64,000 nt of DNA. Source: an uncultured Terriglobales bacterium (GTDB lineage Bacteria; Acidobacteriota; Terriglobia; Terriglobales; Acidobacteriaceae). The notes under the pieces are model-generated. The model saw only the letters and a list, made by a program, of their open reading frames with translations, had not been told where the DNA came from and did not search any database. The position numbers and the translations under genes are program-made. The first letter of the stretch is position 1. Each line of letters opens with the position of its first letter. Positions 8,343 through 16,170 of this stretch are shown here, one piece after another. The stretch is from contig CAZLIE010000001.1 of assembly GCA_964559345.1 (NCBI GenBank), positions 11,013 through 75,012 on the forward strand, read 5' to 3'.

Positions 8343-9169
8343 TAAGTCTCCTTAAAGTTGTTTTGTGCGATTGTAGCAGCTTATCTGAGGCATTTTGGAA
8401 TAGTGTGTGCCGATTTGCGGCAGTAATGGAATAAGTCGGAAGATCTTAATCGAGAACTCGCCGAGTTAGAAGCACCACAGGGCCATTGTGTTCTAAATTG
8501 AAGTTAGAGTAACCAAGCCCGGTGACTTCTCACTCACATGCTGTCGTTAGGTTAGCTTCAAATGCGAATTTTGATGTTAGTGACAAACAGCGATCGGTGC
8601 AGCGTGGGAGAATATACGTTTGTGATTGCCGATCGAAATAGAAAGAAGTTCGGCTTCAACCGCTCGCAGGAGTTTCTAGCTGTGCTCGCAAAAAAGCGCA
8701 GGGCCGAGGCGCTGGAATTCTAATCGAAACGAGCCATGCTCTTCTACTGTCGTGCGGAAGATTATGAGCCGTTCGGGACAAATAAGACGAAACATGGCAC
8801 GAGCCATGTTCGTGTCGATGAATGGGGAAAGTTAGCTGATACGGCGGGTGGAAGGAGTCTCCGACGAGACCGCCTTCTTTTGTGTCGGATTCGCTTGTGC
8901 GTTGTTAGATTTCGGACGAGTGGACCTCATTCCGATTAACGGTCCCTGATAGATGAGTTCGCTGGCTTCCGATTTTGCAGCTGTATTGGCCACCCGGTAG
9001 CTCCTGACTGAGACAAAACATCGTCATCTCAGATGTGAAAAGACTACCTTGCCGGTCTCGGAAATCCCAGATTACGAAAGAAACCGCACCACTTTGGTAA
9101 CATTCGGCGTCAATTGGCAGACACACCGTACCACCAGGCCGAGGCAGCTAAGTGGAAGAGCCGTATCGG

Positions 9170-9493
9170 CTAGTTCGCCGGAACCAGGCGCGCTCGCCCT
9201 TTCACATGCCGCTGTCCGCTGGCGACCGCCGGATCGCACGTCGTCATGCCCATATATTCCGGGGCATAGCCGTTTCGGCGCTCGAAAAGGTAGCTGCGGA
9301 CCGTATAGCACGTGCGAGTGCGCTGCTGGTCATTCGGCAGGGTATCTTCGGCAGGCGTGGTTAGGCGAGGCTCTGCGGATGGACTAGGCGCAACCTGGCT
9401 TGCGGCTGGAGCTTCGGCGTTTTGCTGCGCTGACGGGGGCTGATCGGTGGGGACGGTCAATCCCAAGAGAAGTATCGGAAGGAAGAGGCCCAT
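9170..9493 (-). CDS. Small hypothetical secreted or membrane-anchored protein
   Basis: ATG with AAGGAG 6 nt upstream. Hydrophobic N-terminus MGLFLPILLLGLTV, a P/A/Q-rich linker, and a C-terminal segment with two Cys. Confidence 0.5.
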   Translation of the reverse strand: MGLFLPILLLGLTVPTDQPPSAQQNAEAPAASQVAPSPSAEPRLTTPAEDTLPNDQQRTRTCYTVRSYLFERRNGYAPEYMGMTTCDPAVASGQRHVKGRARLVPAN

Positions 9494-9556
9494 AACGATC
9501 TCCTTTTCCGCAGAATAGTATAGGCCGGATCCGGCACGTCCGGCCGGAATTAACAG

Positions 9557-10195
9557 CTACGCGGCTTCGGGTCCGGCATTGTCTCTGGTCCTGTTCTTCC
9601 GGAATTGCATGTGCGAGACGATGATCAGAATGATCGCTCCTAGTCCGGCCAGAACCCAGGGAAGGTGCTGCGTCATGACGGCTGTAACAAGAATGACGAT
9701 ATCCGGACCGAACTTCACGACCAGCAGTCCCAAGATTAAGAATCTGACTACGCGCCCGCAAAAGATCGAGAGCAGGAAGAGATATATCCGCATCTCAAAG
9801 ACGCCTGCAGAGATCACGAAGAGTTTGAACGGAGTCGGCGGCGGCAGCATCGCGGGCACCATCAGTGCCAAAAATTCCTGACGCTCAAAACGATCGCGCA
9901 GCCGCTCAAATCGACGACGGTCAATGCGCTTGAGCAGCAGCAATTCTCCACCAGCGCGCCCGATCGCATAGGGAATAAGGCTTCCGAGCGCCGATCCTGC
10001 CGAAGCCATCAGCACATACAGCCACATCTTCGCCGGATGTTGATAAGTGTATCCGGCCATCACAGGGTCAAGAGGAATCCCAAAAAATGCCGAGTCAACA
10101 AATGCGATCCCCAAAATGCCCCATGAGCCGAGTGGTTGCAAAATCGACCAGATGAAGTGCGAATAGCGGGCCAGAATGTGCTTGATGGTCTTCAA
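9557..10195 (-). CDS. YqaA/DedA-family (VTT domain) membrane protein
   Basis: Multi-pass membrane protein with FVDSAFFGIPLDP and PPPTPFKLFVISAG motifs typical of YqaA-like DedA proteins. Confidence 0.7.
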   Translation of the reverse strand: MKTIKHILARYSHFIWSILQPLGSWGILGIAFVDSAFFGIPLDPVMAGYTYQHPAKMWLYVLMASAGSALGSLIPYAIGRAGGELLLLKRIDRRRFERLRDRFERQEFLALMVPAMLPPPTPFKLFVISAGVFEMRIYLFLLSIFCGRVVRFLILGLLVVKFGPDIVILVTAVMTQHLPWVLAGLGAIILIIVSHMQFRKNRTRDNAGPEAA

Positions 10196-10263
10196 TGGCG
10201 AGCGGAAGTCTCGATTTTATCCTGTGTGCAGCAGCCTCGGTTCCATGGCTGCTGCTCCAGTAA

Positions 10264-10764
10264 CTACAACGAGCGTCTTTTCCGGCCAGAATGTTCTGTT
10301 TTTCCTTCTAGCAGATCAAGCGCGTGTGGAACCAGGTGCAACACCGCTTTTAGCGAGTGAACCGCGCCGTCTGGATTGCCGGGCAGATTGATGACCAGCG
10401 ACGAGCCCACGGTCCCGCAGAGCCCGCGGGAAAGAGCGGCATATGGCGTCTGTTTCATGCCCTCGCTGCGCATCAGCTCGGCGACGCCATCGAGCAGCCG
10501 ATCACAGACCTGACGCGTCGCTTCAGGAGTCACATCGCGTGCGAAAATTCCTGTTCCGCCGGTTGTCACAATCAGAGGGGCAGAGCGCGCACCTTCCCGG
10601 ATCCCAGCAGCGATTGCTTCGATTTCATCGGGAACTGCCGTGGTGAACGCGATCTCGTAACCCGCGTCTTCGAGGCAGCGCCTCAGCCGCGGACCGGACA
10701 GATCTTCGCGCAAACCGAGATGAAAGGAGTCGCTGACGGTGAGAATGGCAGCCTTGTGCTTCAC
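10264..10764 (-). CDS. mog: MogA/MoaB-family molybdenum cofactor biosynthesis protein (molybdopterin adenylyltransferase-like)
   Basis: ILTVSDS..., the MoCF_biosynth motif TTGGTGIFARDVTPEAT, and NLPGNP. The GTG start overlaps the stop of the upstream response regulator (GTGA). Confidence 0.85.
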   Translation of the reverse strand: MKHKAAILTVSDSFHLGLREDLSGPRLRRCLEDAGYEIAFTTAVPDEIEAIAAGIREGARSAPLIVTTGGTGIFARDVTPEATRQVCDRLLDGVAELMRSEGMKQTPYAALSRGLCGTVGSSLVINLPGNPDGAVHSLKAVLHLVPHALDLLEGKTEHSGRKRRSL

Positions 10765-11510
10765 GCGTCGAGTACGTTCTCTTCAGCGTCGCGATTGGCT
10801 TCGTCGAGCAGGCGCAGACCTTCCATGAGCAGGCCCTGTGTGGAGCGGGTAGTGCTCTGTTCCGACGTGCTTCCGCTGAAGTCGATCTCAAAGTATCCCT
10901 GGGTCCAGGCAAGAAGTTTGAAGACGGCCTCATCTCCGCGAACGGAACCGTACGTCGCATGGCTGATCTGGCCATCGCTGAAGAAGACGTCGCACCGCTC
11001 GCCATCGTTCGTGAGCGTGAGGCGGCAGGTCTTGTGGCCTAATTCCAGAGACTGGAAAAGGTCCATGGTGTTCATCTGCTGAAGGTTGCCACGTACCACG
11101 GAATCGGCAGGCGCCTCGCGGGCCATCCTCTCGAGCGCGATCTTGTCCACCACGCGCTTGATGCGTCCGGTGGCTTCCTTCAGAAAGAATGGCTTCTCGA
11201 TGAAGTCTTCGATCTGGTCCTGCATGGGGCGCAGTTGCTCGTTGATGTCAGTGCGTGTGGCGATGAGGATCACCGGCAGCTTGGCGGTCGCGGGACGCGC
11301 GCGCAGATTTTCGACGAGCTGCCTGCCGGTCAATCCGGGCATGGAATGATCGGAGATAAGCAGGTCGGGAGCCTCGTCCACGGCGCGCAGCAGAGCGTCG
11401 GCCGGTGTCGCAAAGGTCTCCACCGTAGCAAACTGACTGATGGCCTGCTTTAACATGGCGAGGATCATCGGATTGTCGTCCACCAGGAGGACGCGAAAAT
11501 TTTCTGCCAT
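10761..11510 (-). CDS. Response regulator: REC receiver domain plus C-terminal DUF4388 (PATAN-type) domain
   Basis: REC motifs VLLVDDN, LLISDHSMPG (acceptor Asp) and EKPF. The C-terminal GNLQQMNTMDLFQSLELGHKTCRLTL...GQISHA...GDEAVFKLLAWTQGYFEI matches the DUF4388 pattern. Confidence 0.8.
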   Translation of the reverse strand: MAENFRVLLVDDNPMILAMLKQAISQFATVETFATPADALLRAVDEAPDLLISDHSMPGLTGRQLVENLRARPATAKLPVILIATRTDINEQLRPMQDQIEDFIEKPFFLKEATGRIKRVVDKIALERMAREAPADSVVRGNLQQMNTMDLFQSLELGHKTCRLTLTNDGERCDVFFSDGQISHATYGSVRGDEAVFKLLAWTQGYFEIDFSGSTSEQSTTRSTQGLLMEGLRLLDEANRDAEENVLDA

Positions 11511-11519
11511 GCTTTGCGT

Positions 11520-12029
11520 TTACCTTGAGCGCCGGGCCTTCGTCTGCGCTGGTTTCGGGACTTTGGCCAGACGAGCGAAGGGCCCGCTCTTGCCTCCCGA
11601 CTTCTTCTCCAGCCGGACGTGCTCGATCACGATCCCCTTGTCTAGCGCCTTACACATATCGTAAACGGTGAGCGCTGCGACACTGACCGCAACCAGCGCT
11701 TCCATCTCCACGCCGGTGTTTGCGGTTGTAGTTACTCTCGAGGCAATAGCGAGGCCATTCTCGCATAGCCGTGTATCCACATCAATGAACGAGAGGGGCA
11801 AGGGGTGGCACATTGGTATCAGGTCAGCCGTGCGTTTGGCGGCGGCGATGCCGGCAAAGCGCGCCACCTCCAGGGGATTGCCCTTGGGATTTTGAGGCAG
11901 AGCATTCAGGACCTCCTCAGACATGCGAACGAAGGCCGACGCCTCGGCCTCGCGATGAGTCGGCGGCTTCTGCGTGACATCGACCATCCGCGCACGTCCG
12001 CTGCGATCGTAGTGAGAGAGCTTAGCCAT
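11520..12029 (-). CDS. moaC: Cyclic pyranopterin monophosphate synthase accessory protein MoaC
   Basis: LSHYDRSGRARMVDVTQK, GNPLEVARFAGIAAAKRTADLIPMCHPLPL and TTANTGVEMEALVAVSVAALTVYDMCKA are canonical MoaC. The start is set at the ATG giving MAKLSHY. The 87-codon upstream extension of the ORF (to 12290) overlaps moeA and is R/G-rich non-coding-like. Confidence 0.9.
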   Translation of the reverse strand: MAKLSHYDRSGRARMVDVTQKPPTHREAEASAFVRMSEEVLNALPQNPKGNPLEVARFAGIAAAKRTADLIPMCHPLPLSFIDVDTRLCENGLAIASRVTTTANTGVEMEALVAVSVAALTVYDMCKALDKGIVIEHVRLEKKSGGKSGPFARLAKVPKPAQTKARRSR

Positions 12030-12055
12030 ATTTTTTGTTGATGAAAAGCTGAAGG

Positions 12056-13315
12056 TCAGTCGCGCAACAGCAGCACGCTCATCCACTCCCCGGCCGCGAA
12101 CTCCTCGCGATCGGGCGGTACTACCAGCAGACAGTCTGCCCGGCCGAACGCGGCCACGTCCCCTGACCCTTGCCACTTTACCGCCTCCACTTGCGGTGCG
12201 TTCCACAATCCGCTGATCTTGGCGGGTAGAAAGCGCGTGAGGCCTGTCTTCGTGCGATACGGCTTCGCGAGTTGAGCTTTCAATCCACACAGTGGCTTCG
12301 CCGCAGCTCCAGACAGGGCGCGAACCACGTGCTTGGCAAAAAGTTCAAACGTGACCATAGTCGAGATTGGATTTCCCGGCAGTCCGAAGAAGTACGTCGG
12401 CTTGCCTGAGGAGCTTCGTGCGCGACCTAAAACCAGCGGCTTCCCCGGTTGGATCTGCACACCGGTAAAGAGGAACTCTGGTGAGAATTCGCCCAAGACA
12501 GGTTCGACCAAATCGTATTCACCCGCCGAAACTCCGCCGCTCAGCAACAGCAGATCGCATTCCAGACCTCGCCCAATCAGTTCGCGCAACCGCTGCGGCT
12601 CGTCGGGCGCGATCGGGAGTTGTATCGGCTCACCCCCGGCGGCAATTACCTGGGCTGCCAGCGAGAAGCCGTTGGAATTCCTGATCTGATTGGGCGCGGG
12701 TGTCTGATCGATGGCGATCACTTCATCGCCGGTCGGCAAGATCGCGACGCGGGGCCTGCTGAAAACTTTTACTCGGTCCTTCCCGGCGGATGCGGCCAGC
12801 GCGACCTGTGCATGGGAAATCACAATTCCGCGCTCGACCAGCACCGAGCCTGCCTGTGCCTCGCTCGATCGAGGAACAATGTTTTCTCCAGCAGCGACGC
12901 TGTGCAGTACTCGTACGTTCCGTCCGGCACGCTCCGTGTGCTCGACCATCACTACCGCATCAGCTCCAGGCGGAACCGGCGCGCCGGTCATGATGGAAAT
13001 CGCCGTTCTAGATTCGAGAGAACTGAAATCGTCCGGCAAGGCGCCTCCGGCTCGAATTTGCCCCGCTATCGTCAGTTCTGCTGGCGTTTTCTGCACATCT
13101 CCGCTGCGGACCGCGTATCCGTCGCGCGTGGCCCGCGGAAACGGCGGGAAATCGCGGTCGGCAAAAATAGATTCGGCGAGCGTGCGGCCAATCCCCTCGA
13201 GCAGTGGGACTGATTCAACGGTGGTGATGCGTTCTCGCACTGCAGCAGCGTGCGAGCGCACGATCTCCTGAGCTTTTTCAAAGCTCACAACCGATTCGGC
13301 TGGCGAGGTGGACAC
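12056..13315 (-). CDS. moeA: Molybdopterin molybdenumtransferase MoeA
   Basis: ~419 aa with the MoeA N, MoCF_biosynth (ILPTGDE, LLLLSGGVSAGEYD) and MoeA C domains. Confidence 0.9.
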   Translation of the reverse strand: MSTSPAESVVSFEKAQEIVRSHAAAVRERITTVESVPLLEGIGRTLAESIFADRDFPPFPRATRDGYAVRSGDVQKTPAELTIAGQIRAGGALPDDFSSLESRTAISIMTGAPVPPGADAVVMVEHTERAGRNVRVLHSVAAGENIVPRSSEAQAGSVLVERGIVISHAQVALAASAGKDRVKVFSRPRVAILPTGDEVIAIDQTPAPNQIRNSNGFSLAAQVIAAGGEPIQLPIAPDEPQRLRELIGRGLECDLLLLSGGVSAGEYDLVEPVLGEFSPEFLFTGVQIQPGKPLVLGRARSSSGKPTYFFGLPGNPISTMVTFELFAKHVVRALSGAAAKPLCGLKAQLAKPYRTKTGLTRFLPAKISGLWNAPQVEAVKWQGSGDVAAFGRADCLLVVPPDREEFAAGEWMSVLLLRD

Positions 13316-13458
13316 AGCGGTTATTTTACGGTGCCGGTGTTTAAATTTCGGGTTGATCCGCTTGCCGGTTTGATTGACGGGTCCCGCCCGATACCGTTTG
13401 GGCTTTTGATTTTGTCCCCAGGCAACAAAAAGCGAGCCGAGGGCGCCTTAATTCACGT

Positions 13459-13488
13459 AAAAAAAGCCGCGACCGAAATCGCGGCTTT
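13459..13488 (-). terminator. Rho-independent terminator downstream of the 13545-14033 gene
   Basis: On the minus strand, stem GCCGCGA (extendable to 10 bp), loop TTTCGG, stem TCGCGGC, followed by a run of 7 T. On the plus strand this reads AAAAAAAGCCGCGACCGAAATCGCGGCTTT. Confidence 0.8.
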
Positions 13489-13544
13489 CCCAATTCTGAC
13501 TCGATGAATTTTGAATTCAAAACTCAAAATTCACAAATTCAAAA

Positions 13545-14033
13545 TCATTTCTTTTTCCTGCTCGACTTTTTCTTCGCTCCGCCTCGCGATGAGGATTTTT
13601 TCTTGGCTGCGCCACCGCGACCGCCACGATGGGACGACGACTTCTTGGTCGCGCCGCCGCGACTGGAGCTCTTCTTCTTGCTGGCGCTCTTTTTCTTGGC
13701 TGCGCCACGCGAACCGCCGCGCGATCCGCTGCTTTTCTTTTTTGTGGAACTCTTTTTCTTGCTCGCTCCACTACTTTTCTTCCGGCTGGCTCCGCCGCCG
13801 GAACGGGAAGGGCCGCCCCCCGACGGTCCGCCACCCGATTCTTCGCCGCCGCCGATTCCCCCGACGCCACCGCCACTTGAAGGACGCGCAGCGCCGCCGA
13901 TGGCCGCTACTTCTTCTTCCTCTTCTTCTTCGTCGTAACTGTTTTCCATGGACTCTTCGTCCAGGCCCGAATCTCCGTAGTCGTCCATCTCGTCTTCACT
14001 GCGCCCGTAAAGCGTGAGATCGTCGAAGCTCAT
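13545..14033 (-). CDS. Low-complexity bipartite protein: acidic N-terminus plus basic (KKKSS / RGG) repeat tail
   Basis: ATG preceded by AGGAGG (AGGAGGAAAAATG). It has its own consensus promoter and terminator. Protein: MSFDDLTLYGRSEDEMDDYGDSGLDEE...EEEEEEE, then a G-rich linker, then five or more A-x-KKKSS(S)-RGG-type modules. Confidence 0.75.
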   Translation of the reverse strand: MSFDDLTLYGRSEDEMDDYGDSGLDEESMENSYDEEEEEEEVAAIGGAARPSSGGGVGGIGGGEESGGGPSGGGPSRSGGGASRKKSSGASKKKSSTKKKSSGSRGGSRGAAKKKSASKKKSSSRGGATKKSSSHRGGRGGAAKKKSSSRGGAKKKSSRKKK

Positions 14034-14104
14034 TTTTCCTCCTGAATTGTGAGCCCATCATGGCGTGCTGCGGATCATGCAGCACGAAAATAAGGCAGGC
14101 GCGG

Positions 14105-14135
14105 ATTATAGCAATACGGTCTCTTTGACTGTCAA
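14105..14135 (-). promoter_or_regulatory. Sigma70-type promoter for the 13545-14033 gene
   Basis: Minus strand reads TTGACA-N19-TATAAT, with TGC immediately 5' of the -10 (extended -10, TGnTATAAT). It lies just after the mltD-like stop. The predicted ~60-nt leader contains an 8-bp hairpin (14064-14086). Confidence 0.55.
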
Positions 14136-14143
14136 CTGGGAAG

Positions 14144-16006
14144 CTACCGAAGAGCAACTGTGGCGTGTTGCGACGCACTGTTGCCCGAGGTTTTAGCCTC
14201 TGCAGTGTTGCCGGGTTTGGCTTTTGACGCGGTGTGCGTGCCGGCCTTGGTGCTCCTGCGTTTTCTGGATTTCGCCGAGCGATAGTGGCTCACATGCGGC
14301 GTGTTGATCACGGTCTGCTGGGCGAGGCTTACGGGGCGGTAGATCACCAGCATTTTGCCGGAATGAAGGGCATTGCCTGAGAGGTGATTCCAGCGCCGTA
14401 AACGGTCAGGAGAGACGCCAAAATCGTCGGCTACCGAAAGCACGGTATCGCCGCGACGGACGCGGTAACGAGTCGGTTTGCGCGAATAAGCCACTTCCGT
14501 GGCGCTGCCGGAGCCGCTTCGACCTGCGGCGACCGGAATTATGATCTTAGAATCCGGCTCCAAACCGGTGCCTTGGAGATTGTTTATGGCCTCAATTGCC
14601 TTCGGAGTAGTGTGATATTGCCGCGCAACCGTCGGCAAAGTATCGCCGGGCGAGACGCGGTGATACCGCCACGCGACCCGCTTATCCAACGGAATGGCAC
14701 TGATCGCGGCCATGAATTTATCTTTGGTGCCGGCTGGGAGACGCAAATCGTACGTCGAGTCTTTCGGTGTGGTCAGTCGCAGGAGACTGGGATTGAGATC
14801 GGTAAGCGTATTCAAGTCCACGTCAACGCACTCCGCGACCAGTCTCAGGTCCACCGGATAGTCAATTCGGACCGTGTCGCGCTCCATTGGGAGCGCTGGT
14901 TGGACCTTATCCAGGCCATACTGCGCCGGGTTTTTGGCCATAATTGTGTACGCCAGGATGATTGGAACGTAGTTTTTGGTCTCTTTGGGCAACACATTTC
15001 GCTTATAAAGCTCCCAGAAATCCGCATAACCGGTGCGCCGGACCGCTTGTTGGACGTTCCCAGGACCGGAATTGTACGAGGCGATGGCCAGATACCAGTC
15101 ACCAAACTGGTTGTATAAATCCTTTAAATGCCTTGCGGCAGCCCTGGTAGAGAGCTCTGGATCCTGACGTTCGTCGATCCACCAGCTGCGCTGCAGGCCG
15201 TATCCGGCCGCGCGACTGGCCATAAATTGCCACATTCCACGCGCTCCCACCCGTGAAAGCGCGAGCGGTTGGAAGCCAGACTCTGCTTCTGCGACGTAAA
15301 TCAGGTCTTGCGGGACGCCTTCTTCCTTGAAAACGCGTCGAATCATGTCGCGATATCGCCCTGAACGGACCAGCGCGCTGGTCAAAGTGGAGTGCCCGCG
15401 GGTGGAAAAGAAGTTGATATAGCTGGCTACGTAGTCGTTCATGACCAGCGGCAGGTCGGATCTAGTCTCCTTTAGCTGCGCTTCGGCGCGAGCTTTTACC
15501 GTCTGATCCACCGGAAAAGTGACCTCATTGGCCTCATCAATTGGCGCCGGCTGCGCCTTCTGTTCCGTAAAACCGTCGCCTTGTTGCAGCGCGGCGACCT
15601 CGAGCTGGTTCACTCCTTCGGTGATTTTGTCCAGTTCGCGCTCCAGACGATCGTCGGCTTTGACGTCAATTGGGCCTTCCAGGAGCAGGTTTACGGCGCC
15701 GTCGAAGTACTGTTTGGCGGTTTCCAGGTGCCCGGCTGCATAGTTTTGCTGGCCTTGCTGGTACTGTTTTTCGGCCTTTTCGATGATCGCTTCGACGGGA
15801 TCAGGCTGCGGTTTCTGCGCAAAAACGTGCTTAGGAGCCGGTTTTGGCGCCTCTGCAATCGGCTTTATGGCGATCTTTGGCGCTTGGGCTTGCGCTACCG
15901 GAGCAGATTTCGGCTTCTTGGCCTGCGAGCTGTCGCATGCTGTGAACAGCAAAACGACGCTTCCGGTCAACGTTATCAGCCCGTAATGGCGAACCATCTT
16001 CGTCAT
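14144..16006 (-). CDS. mltD: Membrane-bound lytic murein transglycosylase D-like lipoprotein (SLT domain plus LysM repeats)
   Basis: Lipoprotein signal VVLLFTAC. SLT catalytic region YVAEAESGFQPLALSRVGARGMWQFM. Two C-terminal LysM domains (YHRVSPGDTLPTVARQY; YRVRRGDTVLSVADDFGV). The ORF is open to 16048. Confidence 0.85.
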   Translation of the reverse strand: MTKMVRHYGLITLTGSVVLLFTACDSSQAKKPKSAPVAQAQAPKIAIKPIAEAPKPAPKHVFAQKPQPDPVEAIIEKAEKQYQQGQQNYAAGHLETAKQYFDGAVNLLLEGPIDVKADDRLERELDKITEGVNQLEVAALQQGDGFTEQKAQPAPIDEANEVTFPVDQTVKARAEAQLKETRSDLPLVMNDYVASYINFFSTRGHSTLTSALVRSGRYRDMIRRVFKEEGVPQDLIYVAEAESGFQPLALSRVGARGMWQFMASRAAGYGLQRSWWIDERQDPELSTRAAARHLKDLYNQFGDWYLAIASYNSGPGNVQQAVRRTGYADFWELYKRNVLPKETKNYVPIILAYTIMAKNPAQYGLDKVQPALPMERDTVRIDYPVDLRLVAECVDVDLNTLTDLNPSLLRLTTPKDSTYDLRLPAGTKDKFMAAISAIPLDKRVAWRYHRVSPGDTLPTVARQYHTTPKAIEAINNLQGTGLEPDSKIIIPVAAGRSGSGSATEVAYSRKPTRYRVRRGDTVLSVADDFGVSPDRLRRWNHLSGNALHSGKMLVIYRPVSLAQQTVINTPHVSHYRSAKSRKRRSTKAGTHTASKAKPGNTAEAKTSGNSASQHATVALR

Positions 16007-16170
16007 AACCGCTTCCAAATTCCCGTTCCAGCTCGCTATGCCCAGCAACTCTGTCCAGGGCTGGAATACTTAGACGCCGCCAAACCCACCTTGATGATGG
16101 CCAATTTGCGGCAAATCCAGAGACTTACCTCGAGTTTTCCTACTGCATTCCGGCAACTCTGGCCGGCATT

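Noticed and set aside
8562-8723. 53-codon ORF (MRILMLVTNSDRCSVGEYTFVIADRNRKKFGFNRSQEFLAVLAKKRRAEALEF) in the coding desert
   Set aside because: No RBS and no recognisable family. It is too short to support as a gene from sequence alone, so it is mentioned only under the desert finding.
13316-13458. Possible Moco riboswitch in the moeA leader
   Set aside because: The position upstream of a Moco operon made this attractive. I could not find the conserved Moco-motif elements by eye; there is only a weak CCCTCGGCTC-like string. It remains unresolved, and cmsearch with Rfam RF01055 would decide it.
13504-14017. Plus-strand ORFs (144 and 168 aa) and a second minus-strand ORF (13517-13876) over the repeat gene
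   Set aside because: The repetitive, codon-biased DNA keeps several frames open. Only the 13545-14033 minus frame has an AGGAGG RBS, a consensus promoter upstream and a terminator downstream.
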